Source: a bacterium
GTDB lineage: Bacteria; Desulfobacterota; DSWW01
Assembly: GCA_040756235.1 (NCBI GenBank)
Contig: JBFLZG010000137.1
Coordinates: 29,352-93,351, forward strand
Length of the DNA stretch: 64,000 nt
Reading direction: 5' to 3'
Of the stretch, positions 46,565-56,292 are shown one piece after another. Numbering within the stretch: position 1 is the stretch's first letter; each line of letters opens with the position of its first letter. Both the position numbers and the translations under genes were made by a program. The notes beneath the pieces were generated by a model, which worked only from the letters and a program-made list of their open reading frames with translations, was not told where the DNA came from and searched no databases.

Positions 46565-49225
46565 ATGGAGCACTTCAGGCTATTCATCGATGGCGAGTTC
46601 GTCGAGGCCGAAAGCGGCGCCAGGCGCCCGTCCCTGGACCCGGGCAATGGCCAGCCCGTCGCCACCGTGGCCTGGGCCGGCGTGAGAGACGCCGATCGGG
46701 CCGTAATGGCCGCGCGGCGCGCTTTCGACAAAGGCGACTGGAGCGGTCTCGCTCCCAAGGACAGATCCCGATTCCTCTTCGACCTCGCGGACCGGCTGGG
46801 GAAGATGGCGCTGCGCATCATCCAGTACGAGTGCCAGGACTCCGGCGCCACGGTACGCCGCATCGGCGGGGAAGTGCTCGTGACGTCGGTGGTGATCCGG
46901 GACCTGGCCTGGTACGCGGCCGAGAAATTCGCCTGGCGGGAAGAGGTTCGTCTGAGCAGCTTCATTCCGACCCCGTGCCGGGACTACGTCGTTCGAGAAC
47001 CCGTCGGCGTCTGCGCCGGCATCGCCCCCTGGAACGCTCCCTTCTCCATGGCGATCCTGAAGATCGTTCCCGCCGTCATCATGGGCAATGCGGTGGTTCT
47101 GAAGACCGCCTCCGACACGCCGATCAGCGCGCTCCTGTTGGCCGAGGCGGTGGCCGCCAGCGGCATACCGAAGGGAGTGGTCAACGTGATCACGGGTCCC
47201 GGTCCGGAAGTCGGCGAGGCCCTCTGCCGCCACCCGGGGGTCGACAGGATCAGCTTCACCGGCAGCACCGAGGTGGGGCGCAGGATCCTCGAGATGGGCG
47301 CCGACTCCGTCAAGAGAGTGACCGTGGAGCTGGGCGGCAAGTCGGCCGGCATCGTGCTGCCGGACGCAGACCTGGACATCGCCGTCGATGGTTCCGTCTT
47401 CGGCATCTTCCTCCACTCGGGCCAGGTCTGTGCCGCAGCCAGCCGGCTGCTCGTGCACCGGGACGTCTATGAGCCGTTCGTCGAACGGTTGAAGGCGCGC
47501 ATTCCGGCCCTGAAGCTCGGCTACCAGCTGAACCCCGAAGTGCACATGGGACCTCTCATCTCCGAACGGCAAAGGGAGCGGGTCGAGCGGTATGTCGAGA
47601 TCGGCAGGCGGGAAGGGGCGCGGCTCGTCTGCGGCGGCAGGCGTCCCGAGGGGCAGGAGTTCAGCAGCGGATTCTATTACGAACCCACGGTGTTCGCGGA
47701 TGTCGACAATCGAATGACCATCGCCCGGGAGGAAATCTTCGGCCCCGTGGCCTGCGTCATACCCTTCGCAAGCGACGAGGAGGCGCTTCGGTTCGCCAAC
47801 GACTCGGATTACGGGCTGGTCGGCGCGGTCTGGAGCCGTGACACCGCACGGGCCGAACGCATCGCCGCGCGCATTCGGGCCGGCACGGTCTGGGTCAACG
47901 ACTGGAACGCCTTCAACCAGTTCACGCCCTTCGGCGGATACAAGCGGAGCGGCCTGGGACGGGAATTCGGACACGAGGGGCTCGCCGCGTACACCGAGGT
48001 CAAGCATCTGCACGTCTCCGGGGTGGCGGACAAGGAGAGCCGCGTCACGTATCAGCTCATGTTCGACTACCCGGCGAGCAAGGCCTTCCAGTTTCAGAGC
48101 CCCACCAGGATCGACGTCGGACCGGGAGCGGTTCAGAACATCGGCAGCGAGATGTTCCAACTGGGCTGCCGACGGGCGGTCATCTTGTCTGACAAAGGGG
48201 TCCGGGACGCCGGCCTCGTGGACGTCGTCCAAAAAGCCGTGGGCGACTCGTGCGCGGGAGTTTTCGATGGTTGCGAGGAGGACCCCAGCTTCGAATCGGT
48301 CGACCGGGCCGCGGAGTTCTGCCGAAAGGCAGGCGCCGACTGTCTGATCAGCCTCGGCGGCGGCAGCTGCATCGACACCGCCAAATCGGTGTCGGTGATT
48401 CTTACGGTGGGAGGCAGGGCTCTCGATCATATCTTTGCCAGCCGCCTCGAGGGGCCGGTCACGCCGCACATCGCGGTCCCCACCACCGCGGGGACCGGTA
48501 GCGAGGTGACCTGCGGAGCGATCCTCACCCACAGGAAGCTGGGCCGCAAGCTGGGCTTCATGGACAAGGCCGTTTTTCCCCGGGCCGCGATCCTGGACCC
48601 GGTGCTCACCCGAACGCTTCCGCGGGGCCTTACCGTCGGCAGCGGGATGGACGCCCTCTCCCACGCCATCGAGGCGATCCTCTCCAAGCTCAGGAACCCG
48701 GTGGCAGAAGCCCACGGCCTCCACGCGATTCGCCTGATCGTGGAGAACCTTCCGCGGGCCGCGGAGCACCCGGACGATCTCGACGCGCGACTCAACATGC
48801 AGATTGCCTCCTCCATGGCCGGCATCGCGGTGTGCTCTGCAGGGGCGGGCGTGGGACACGCCATGGCGCACACGCTCGGGGCCTTGTATCACGTGCATCA
48901 CGGAACCGGCTGCGGTATCTGCCTGCCCGTGGCCATGCGCTACAATAAGGAGGTTTGCGCCCCGGAGCTGGCCCGTGTCGCCCAGGCCCTGGGCGTCGAT
49001 ACGCGCGGCCTCACAGAGAACGAAGCTGCGGATTCCGCTGTAACCGAGGTCGAGGGATTCATGCAACGTATCGGCCACCCGATCCGGATGAGCGAGGTGG
49101 GGGTGGACGAGACGGACTACGTGGTCCTGGCCCTGGAATGCATGCTCGAGTTCTGCTGCCTCCTCAACGCCCGGCCGGTCACCAACCCCCTGGAGGTGGC
49201 TCACATGTTCCAGGCGGTGGCCTGA
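46565..49225 (+). CDS. Fusion of a non-acylating aldehyde dehydrogenase and an iron-containing alcohol dehydrogenase
   Basis: N-terminal PWN.P, FTGSTEVG, ELGGKS, SGQVC, EEIFGPV; C-terminal GGGS.ID, PTTAGTGSE, DALSHAIE, HAMAH..HHG. Confidence 0.92.
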   Translation: MEHFRLFIDGEFVEAESGARRPSLDPGNGQPVATVAWAGVRDADRAVMAARRAFDKGDWSGLAPKDRSRFLFDLADRLGKMALRIIQYECQDSGATVRRIGGEVLVTSVVIRDLAWYAAEKFAWREEVRLSSFIPTPCRDYVVREPVGVCAGIAPWNAPFSMAILKIVPAVIMGNAVVLKTASDTPISALLLAEAVAASGIPKGVVNVITGPGPEVGEALCRHPGVDRISFTGSTEVGRRILEMGADSVKRVTVELGGKSAGIVLPDADLDIAVDGSVFGIFLHSGQVCAAASRLLVHRDVYEPFVERLKARIPALKLGYQLNPEVHMGPLISERQRERVERYVEIGRREGARLVCGGRRPEGQEFSSGFYYEPTVFADVDNRMTIAREEIFGPVACVIPFASDEEALRFANDSDYGLVGAVWSRDTARAERIAARIRAGTVWVNDWNAFNQFTPFGGYKRSGLGREFGHEGLAAYTEVKHLHVSGVADKESRVTYQLMFDYPASKAFQFQSPTRIDVGPGAVQNIGSEMFQLGCRRAVILSDKGVRDAGLVDVVQKAVGDSCAGVFDGCEEDPSFESVDRAAEFCRKAGADCLISLGGGSCIDTAKSVSVILTVGGRALDHIFASRLEGPVTPHIAVPTTAGTGSEVTCGAILTHRKLGRKLGFMDKAVFPRAAILDPVLTRTLPRGLTVGSGMDALSHAIEAILSKLRNPVAEAHGLHAIRLIVENLPRAAEHPDDLDARLNMQIASSMAGIAVCSAGAGVGHAMAHTLGALYHVHHGTGCGICLPVAMRYNKEVCAPELARVAQALGVDTRGLTENEAADSAVTEVEGFMQRIGHPIRMSEVGVDETDYVVLALECMLEFCCLLNARPVTNPLEVAHMFQAVA

Positions 49226-49315
49226 TGAGAGCCCGCTGAAGAACAGGCACCGTGGCAGGCGAGCGGAAGCAGCGGATCGGCTTCTTCAACAGCCTGTTGA
49301 AGGGGAGCAAGCGTC

Positions 49316-50305
49316 ATGGCCCACGAGAAGACCGCGCAGATCATCAAAGACCCGCCCGGCGTGGATGAAACGGCCCATCCCTTCGAGCCGGTCGAGTGGT
49401 GGTACGCCAATGCGCTGCTCGATGCGCCCGGCTCCCCCATCGACGGCTGCGCTCTGGTCGGGACATTCACGATCCAGAGGCAAATGGCCGAGTATTGCCA
49501 TGGCCTGATCGTTTCGCCCGAAAAAGGGTCCTTGGCAGATTTTTCAGGCTACGAGCTGCCACCCGGGACCATTTCGAGCAGCCAGGAGGAGCTGCGCGTG
49601 GGCTGCCGCAAGAACTACCTGCGCGGCCGCTACCCCCGATGGAGGCTGCACCTGGAGGGAGAGGACTCGGGGCGTCTCTGCAGGGCCGATCTCGAATACC
49701 AGGCCGGGGTGGACGCGGACCGCCGCACCTACGACATTCCCCCTTCCTACATGCATCACTACGTCGTCTATCGGAGCCGGGTCCGGGGAGCGATCACCCT
49801 GGGAAAGGAGAGCTGGGAGGTCCGGGGAACGGGCTACTACGAGCATTTCTTCGGTTTCCTGAATCCGCTCGAGTCGAGCGGGTGGATCTGGTACTGGTGT
49901 CCCGCGGCCGGACCGCACCGGCTGGCCTTCAACCTGGGGGTGAGCGCCTTCCGGGGCGGCCGCAAGCCCCTGAGCTTCGTGTTTCTTACGGAAGACGGCA
50001 AGACCTTCGCCGACTTCACGTCGGCGTCGCTCGAGGTGCTGGAAGAGAGGAATCTCGGGGGGATCGTCTACCCGCACAAGATCCGTGTGACCGAAAGAAG
50101 CGAACAAGGGAAGCTCGACGCGGTGGTCACCCGGATGGAGGCCCATTATCACAGGGTGAACCGCAGCCCCCTGGCCACGTCCATATTCGTCACCGGCTTC
50201 TCGCTTCTGGAGGGGAGGGCCGCCTGGATGGGCCGGGGCTACGACCTCACGGGCCGCGCCTTCGGCAGCGTCATGCGGGTGGAGCTGCCCGAGACGAACC
50301 CGTAG
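49316..50305 (+). CDS. CrtC/AttH/tocopherol-cyclase-like double beta-barrel protein
   Basis: EWWY near the N-terminus; V.G.I......V.G.GYYEH.FG...GWIW motif. Confidence 0.65.
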   Translation: MAHEKTAQIIKDPPGVDETAHPFEPVEWWYANALLDAPGSPIDGCALVGTFTIQRQMAEYCHGLIVSPEKGSLADFSGYELPPGTISSSQEELRVGCRKNYLRGRYPRWRLHLEGEDSGRLCRADLEYQAGVDADRRTYDIPPSYMHHYVVYRSRVRGAITLGKESWEVRGTGYYEHFFGFLNPLESSGWIWYWCPAAGPHRLAFNLGVSAFRGGRKPLSFVFLTEDGKTFADFTSASLEVLEERNLGGIVYPHKIRVTERSEQGKLDAVVTRMEAHYHRVNRSPLATSIFVTGFSLLEGRAAWMGRGYDLTGRAFGSVMRVELPETNP

Positions 50306-50356
50306 GAGCCCGCTGCAGGAACCCGGGGAGATGTTCCTGTCCGCCGCGTTGGCCGA

Positions 50357-51778
50357 TCAGCAACCCGAAGGCTGACGGCATTCGATCCAGTTGAGGATCC
50401 ACTCGGTCACGTTGCGCGTCTTGTCCTCCGGCCCCAGGGGTACGTAGCAGGCATCGTAGTCGCCGTAGTCGCCGAACGGTGCGCGCTCAGGCTCGACTGT
50501 GGCGCTCTCGTATTCCAGGGAAGCCACCGAGCTCGCGTGGCCGTAGCCGTCCATCACCCGGCTGGTGACCCTGGCACCGTACCCGTTCCCCTCCATCTCG
50601 GCCACGAAACGATCGACGTCTTGTTTGAGACAAGGCATGTCGCGATCGAGCAGCTCATCCGTTCCGCTGCCTCCTTGCATGACCAGGAAGTCCGGCAGGT
50701 CGGCCATTCCGGGCACGATCTGCCGGGTCGGAGAAGCGGCGTCCAGGTCGGCCCGGGTGCAGGATGCGGCCCGATGACCCGGGTCGATGTCCGGCGTCAG
50801 GGTCGTGCACGGCTCGAAGAAGTTGTTGAACAGAGCCCGGTAGAGCAAACCGCAGGGCTGCGGCGGGTCCAGGTTGACGTCGACCGGGTCGGTTCCATAG
50901 ATCAGCCAGAAGGGGTCGGACGGCGGGCTCATGGTCACGACACCGCGGATGCGCGACCGGACGGAAGCATAATCCGCGTGGAGCGCCAGCATGGAGACCA
51001 GGTTCCCGCCGGCCGATTGCCCGGCGATGTAGATGTCGTTCGCGTCTCCCCCGTATGCGGCGATGTTCTGCACGGTCCAGCTGAACGCATCCGCCACGTC
51101 CTGCATGGCGTCCGGATACCAGGCAGCCTTGTCCATGAATCCCAGCTCGCCCGCGTCGAGCTTCAGCCGGCACTCCTCCTTGGTCTTGCAGGCCGCCGCG
51201 GAGAAGATCTTCGGATCAACCTCACGGTACTCCGTGACCACCGTGATCCACTTCCTGGCTCCGGTGAAGACCTTCGGTATCCAGGAGTACATCTCCTTGG
51301 TCGAATCGGCCCAGGCCCCCCCGTGGACCCAGAACAAGACCCTTCTGGGGCCTGCGGCCGGCGCGTCGGAAGGAACGTAGATGTCCAGTTTCCTGGTTGG
51401 TTTGTTTTCCCAGTTCCTGTAGTGCTCCTGGTCCTGGGGGTCAGCCGAGCTCCCGTCCGCGTGCGCCTCTCCCTGGATGTTGCCCAGGACGCTCGAGCAG
51501 TTCTTGGGTTCTTCTTGTCCCCCGTCGGTCCAGTACGTGTCGATGCGCGTGACGGGGAAGTCGCCCGCATCTCCTCCGAACGGACCTTGGTAGGAACGGT
51601 CGAGATAGCAGCGAATGGTTGACCCGTCCAGGGAGTCCGGGCAGTCGTTGGCCGCGAGGAGCGCCTGCGGGTCAGCGCTTTCGAGCTGGCCGGAATCCGA
51701 GTGGCAACCGGCAAGACATGTGGCGGCGAGGAGGGCAAGAAGAAATCCAGGCGGCGAAATCCGTCGGCCAGCCGTCAT
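50357..51778 (-). CDS. Lipoprotein alpha/beta hydrolase (carboxylesterase/HSL-like)
   Basis: Lipobox LAGC; LDIY.P, HGGAW, GQSAGG, C-terminal GH. Confidence 0.85.
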   Translation of the reverse strand: MTAGRRISPPGFLLALLAATCLAGCHSDSGQLESADPQALLAANDCPDSLDGSTIRCYLDRSYQGPFGGDAGDFPVTRIDTYWTDGGQEEPKNCSSVLGNIQGEAHADGSSADPQDQEHYRNWENKPTRKLDIYVPSDAPAAGPRRVLFWVHGGAWADSTKEMYSWIPKVFTGARKWITVVTEYREVDPKIFSAAACKTKEECRLKLDAGELGFMDKAAWYPDAMQDVADAFSWTVQNIAAYGGDANDIYIAGQSAGGNLVSMLALHADYASVRSRIRGVVTMSPPSDPFWLIYGTDPVDVNLDPPQPCGLLYRALFNNFFEPCTTLTPDIDPGHRAASCTRADLDAASPTRQIVPGMADLPDFLVMQGGSGTDELLDRDMPCLKQDVDRFVAEMEGNGYGARVTSRVMDGYGHASSVASLEYESATVEPERAPFGDYGDYDACYVPLGPEDKTRNVTEWILNWIECRQPSGC

Positions 51779-52039
51779 CCGAGCTTCCCTTCGCGCGGGT
51801 GGTGAAAGCAAGGCGCTCCTGCCAGAAGTTGATCGATTCACGAGCCTATGGATCGGCGGGCTCCGTCCAAAAGTTGATCAAGACACCTGAAGAGTCGCCC
51901 CCGGGGCGCGGACCCGATCCGGCGGAAATCAGGCGGTTCCCGGTCGCTGCACCCATCGAATCGGATGAGAATGAGCTGTCGCGCGGAAGCTGCGGCAACC
52001 GCTCATCATCTGATGTATACATGCCGATGACAGGGAGGC

Positions 52040-53910
52040 ATGTCGGATGCCCTTGCCCTTGCCTTCCGGAGACCGCAGGCAAACGAACGAGCCGATTTGC
52101 GGGGGAAACGAGACGTGGATCTCTTGACCTGCAGCCCTCTCCCGAATCGATGCGCATGCCGTCTTTTCACTGCCCTTTCGGTCGTGGCGCTGACGGTCTG
52201 TGTGCCCGCCTGCGGCGGTGGGGACGGCCCGTCGATAGCCGCGGGGCCCGAGGCAGAAGGGATTTTCTGGTGGCCCTACGCCCAGACCGCTTGGTGCAAC
52301 ACGCATCACGACCCCTCCCTTTCCGACTACACCCGGTACGACCCGGCAGACCGGTTCGAGGCGTCGGTCGTGCGTTTCGAGGAAATCACCGGCGACGCGC
52401 TCTTCACGGGCATGTCTTTCGACGATGCGAACGACCGCGTTTACGTGACGACCGGCCAGGCGGAGCAGCCCAACCTCTTCGCTTTCAACATGGCGGGGAA
52501 GCTCCAGTGGACCTCGGACGGCTGGGACCCGTCGAACTGGGACCCGGGGGCCCGGCTCGGCTCCGGGGCGACCAGCGGCACCGCGATCGTGGACGTAGAC
52601 GGGAACATCTACCTGTGCGACGCCGAGCGCGCCTGGTCCTCCACCCGCGACGGCCGCCTGCGCTGGTTAGCGCCTCTCCCGGTGGAAGAGAGTGACGGCA
52701 AAAGCTACCCGTTCATCACCCCGTTCTTCACCCGCACCGGACAGGTCGGCGGCGTGACCGCAGCCGGGCGGGTCGTGATCCTGGACCGCGCGACCGGCAC
52801 GTCCGTCCCGGGAAACGAGGGCGGGCTCCTGCTGCCGGGGCTGGTGGAGGTTCAGGACGAGACCGAATTCTCCGTTCCCGGCTTTCTGATGAGCCGGCTC
52901 CTCTGGAACACCTGCGACCCCGAGAACCCCTACATGATGGACCCGACGCTCATCGCAGCCCTCGGTCAGGCCTTTCTGGGGCGGGCAGCCCCGTGGCCAA
53001 CGCCGCGGCGGTCCTGCCCGACCCGGACGACCCGACGCGCACGCGGGTCTATGTCGCAGCACGGCTCGCGCCGGAAAGCCCGGAGAGCCCTGTTTCGGTC
53101 CGGCTCTTCCGCGTGGACGTGAGCTATGATGCGCGTGCGCAGAGGGTTGCCGTATCGGTGCAGGAAGATTTCGATGGGCTCATGGCGGGCGCCGAGGGGT
53201 GCGCGACGAGCCCCACGATCTCCCCGGACCGTTCGGCCGTCTACGCGGGGGACAGCCGCGGCTCGTTCTACGCTTTCGACGCGGAGGACGGACACCGACT
53301 CTGGCAGAATCCCCCGCAGCTGGGGAACATGCTCGGCAGCCCCACGGCGGCCGGCGACGACGGATCGATCTACGTGGCGACCGACGAGCGCCTGCACAAA
53401 CTCCTGCCGGACGGAACGGTCCTCTGGTCCAAGACCTACCACGAGTACGCCCGGCGGGAGGAGTGGGTGAAGAAGGTGGACGAGAACGGGGACGGCGTCG
53501 AGGATTACGTACGGTTCGCCATGCCGGCCGGACTGGCCGTCACCTCGCCCAACCGGGTGCTCCTGCCCCTGACGCTGGGGTACCTGCTCCCCGACCAGGG
53601 GAGCAGCGTGGCCCTCTGGCCGACCCAGGCCGTGCTGGCCGTGCTCGACAGAGACGGGGAGATGGCGGCCGGCCCCTTCCCGGTCCCGGACGTTGTGGAG
53701 ACCACGGCCTGCGCCGACAGGCACGGGAACGTGTATGTCGCGCACGTGTCGGCACTGAGCTCGGTTTGCAGCACCCTTTACTGCAAGCTGCATCTGGACC
53801 GCCTCGGGCTGCCCCTGGATGCGCCCATCGAGCCCGTGGGCGGCCTGAGCGTGCTTCGCGCCGCCGGCGCTGCGGGGGCGCCGCCGGCGAGAGGAAAGCA
53901 GCATCCGTGA
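52040..53910 (+). pseudogene. PQQ-like beta-propeller lipoprotein split by a -1 frameshift (or assembly error); start uncertain
   Basis: Lipobox VPAC; ORFs 52040-53122 and 52993-53910 join as FL-G-AGSPVAN if one G is added to the G run at 52978-52981; propeller motifs (DG.IY, G..W) on both sides. Confidence 0.7.
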
Positions 53911-54013
53911 GACCGCGGGTCCGACCGGAGCACCCCGGATTGCCGTCCGGAGCGAGATGGTCTAGTCTGCCATGGGATGACCATCCAATAGCTGTCGTTG
54001 AGGAAACGCACCC

Positions 54014-54829
54014 ATGCCCGAGCTGCCCGAAGTGGAGACCGTGCGGCGGAGCATCACACCCCTGATTCTCGGCAAGACCGTCGATTCCGTCGTGGTGCGC
54101 AGCCCGCAGCTCCGCTGGCCCGTGCCCCGGGGAATCGCCTCCCTGCTGGCCGGGCAGCGGGTGCGGGGGGTGGAACGGCGCGGCAAGTATCTGATCCTGA
54201 GGTTTGCAGCCGGCAGCGTCATCCTTCACCTGGGCATGTCCGGCCGCATTCTGATCTGCTCTCGAGACGCCGTGTACGATCGTCACGACCATATCGATTT
54301 GGTTTTCAAGGGCGGCCGGGCCTTGCGGCTGCGCGATCCGCGCCGCTTCGGGGCCCTGCTGTGGACCCGCGAAGACCCTCTTCGCCACCAACTGCTGTCG
54401 AGTCTCGGCCCCGAGCCTCTGGGCGACGGCTTTTCCGGATCCCATTTGTACCGGTGCGCCAGGGGCCGCAAGGCGCCGGTCAAGCACCTGATCATGGACG
54501 GCCGGGTGGTGGCCGGGGTCGGAAACATCTATGCCGCGGAGGCGCTTTTTGCCGCAGGCATCCACCCCGGCCGCGCCGCCGGACGCATCTCCCGGCCGCG
54601 CTGCGAGCGGCTCGCCGGGGCCATCCGCGAGGTGCTGGAAGAGGCCGTGGATTGCGGCGGCACCACGCTGCGCGATTTTCACGACCCCTCAGGGAGCCCT
54701 GGCCTGTTTCAGCCGAGACTGATGGTATACGGCAGGGAGGGGCAACCCTGCCGCGTCTGCGCCTCACCGGTCGCCAAGATCGCCCAGGGACAGCGCTCCA
54801 CGTACTTCTGCAGGAGATGCCAGCGCTGA
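54014..54829 (+). CDS. mutM: Formamidopyrimidine-DNA glycosylase / AP lyase
   Basis: MPELPEVET, RRGKYL, HLGMSG, DPRRFG, GVGNIYA.EALF, C-terminal zinc finger. Confidence 0.97.
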   Translation: MPELPEVETVRRSITPLILGKTVDSVVVRSPQLRWPVPRGIASLLAGQRVRGVERRGKYLILRFAAGSVILHLGMSGRILICSRDAVYDRHDHIDLVFKGGRALRLRDPRRFGALLWTREDPLRHQLLSSLGPEPLGDGFSGSHLYRCARGRKAPVKHLIMDGRVVAGVGNIYAAEALFAAGIHPGRAAGRISRPRCERLAGAIREVLEEAVDCGGTTLRDFHDPSGSPGLFQPRLMVYGREGQPCRVCASPVAKIAQGQRSTYFCRRCQR

Positions 54830-55047
54830 ACGGATGCCGAGCCGGGCACATCCTTCTCCGGGAATGCTCGGGCCGCGGCCAACGGGACCGGGCTGAGGTG
54901 CTCGTGACCGAGCGCGGAGAGTCCGGCTGCGGCCGCCTTCGCCTGCCACCCCGGATACCGGAACAAGGCCGTCCTCCCCATCAGCACCGCCGACCGAGCG
55001 CGACAAAGATCGGGGCCCGAGGGCAAGTCGATACCTTCAGATTTTTA

Positions 55048-55107
55048 TTGACAAGAGCTGAGGCGGGGCCGTATGCTGCCTCGGCCTTGAATAATGAAAT
55101 TTCATTA
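55048..55107 (+). promoter_or_regulatory. sigma70-type promoter with perfect palindromic operator TAATGAAATTTCATTA
   Basis: TTGACA (55048), 18 bp, TATGCT (55072); palindrome at 55092-55107 upstream of tetR-C. Confidence 0.75.
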
Positions 55108-55131
55108 CTGTGTCGCGCCGGCGGGAGCGGA

Positions 55132-55770
55132 ATGGCCAAGGGAGCAGAGCAGAGAAGAGAACAAACGCGCGCGAAGATCCTGAGCGCGGCCGGCCGGCTC
55201 TTCAGCAGGAAGGGATACCACAATACGCAAGTCATGGATATCTGCCACGAGGCACGCATCTCCGCCGGTACCTTCTACCTCTACTTTCAAAACAAGAGGG
55301 ACCTTTTCGAGCACATCGCCAGGGAGACCCTGGAGGATGTGCGCACGAACCTGAAGAGGCTGAGGCAGCCGCGCGCGTCCGGAGACCTGCGGGAGCGTAT
55401 GCAGCGGATCCGGGACACGTACACGACCTACTTCGACTACATCGAGGCCAACCCGGAGCAGCTCCTGATGGTGCTCAGGGGCAGCTACGGCATCGACGAG
55501 GACATGGACGGGGCCGCATGGCGCTACCTGACCCGGTTCGCCGATGACATCGCCGAGGACTTCCAGAGCTGGCAGAAGCTGGGCGTTCTGCGCAAGTGCA
55601 ACCCCGCCGTGCTGGGCCACATGGTGAACGGGATGACGCTGCAGGTGGCTCACAGCTACATCGTGGAGAAGAAGTTCACCCGGGAAGAGGCGCTGGAGAC
55701 GCTGGTCGAAGTGAGCACGGCCATGCTGCGCTACTACCTGACCGCGAAGGGCAGGAGGCTTCTCGGGTGA
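55132..55770 (+). CDS. TetR/AcrR family regulator C
   Basis: ILSAAGRLFSRKGY..GTFYLYFQNK; GGGAG RBS. Confidence 0.93.
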   Translation: MAKGAEQRREQTRAKILSAAGRLFSRKGYHNTQVMDICHEARISAGTFYLYFQNKRDLFEHIARETLEDVRTNLKRLRQPRASGDLRERMQRIRDTYTTYFDYIEANPEQLLMVLRGSYGIDEDMDGAAWRYLTRFADDIAEDFQSWQKLGVLRKCNPAVLGHMVNGMTLQVAHSYIVEKKFTREEALETLVEVSTAMLRYYLTAKGRRLLG

Positions 55771-55840
55771 CTCAGGGGCATCGGTCGGGTCTCCTCCCGG
55801 GTCTTTACCAGGCTACCCCTCTGCAGGAAGGAGTCGAGTG

Positions 55841-56242
55841 ATGGCAATCTTCAATGACGTCGAGCTCATCCGAAAAGTCTTCATCGATCTGTGGAATCAC
55901 CTCATCGAAAAGACCGATTTCGGTCCGCAGATGCGGGAGGCCGGCCTGTCCGTGCTCTACGTGACCAAGGATCCGGACGTCTACATGTACGTCGACGGGA
56001 ACGGGGTTTTGTTCGGTGAAGAGGCGCGGACCAAGGACGCCGTGATCACGATGTCCATGTCCGGGGACACGGTCCACAAGTTCTGGCTGAAGAAGCTCAA
56101 CGTCACCAAAGCGCTCGCCCTGAGGCAGATCAAGGCCAAGGGGCCCGTGCCCAAGATGCTCAAGCTGTTGCCCCTCCTCAAGCCGGGCCATGCCCTCTAT
56201 GAAGAAGCGTGTCGGAAGTACAACATCCCCACCGATGTTTGA
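55841..56242 (+). CDS. SCP2 sterol/lipid-binding domain protein
   Basis: D..ITMS....FW...LN...ALA...IK.KG pattern; AAGGAG RBS. Confidence 0.78.
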   Translation: MAIFNDVELIRKVFIDLWNHLIEKTDFGPQMREAGLSVLYVTKDPDVYMYVDGNGVLFGEEARTKDAVITMSMSGDTVHKFWLKKLNVTKALALRQIKAKGPVPKMLKLLPLLKPGHALYEEACRKYNIPTDV

Positions 56243-56292
56243 AAGTCGAACGGTTCCATCCATTCACCACGGTGTCGAAAAGGACACCCGGC

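Noticed and set aside
31834..49204. Very long minus-strand ORFs (31834-34530, 38294-40840, 46580-49204 and similar)
   Set aside because: Antisense frames of well-supported genes; expected with high GC3.
46565..49225. Calling the fusion adhE
   Set aside because: The ALDH domain has non-acylating family motifs.
40834..50305. Calling the region a carotenoid biosynthesis cluster with crt/cru gene symbols
   Set aside because: No phytoene or GGPP synthase in the window, the context is CoA-dependent catabolism, and similarity is motif-level only.
53998..55770. 590-aa ORF appearing as an N-terminally extended TetR
   Set aside because: The extension overlaps mutM out of frame; a promoter, operator and RBS define the start at 55132.
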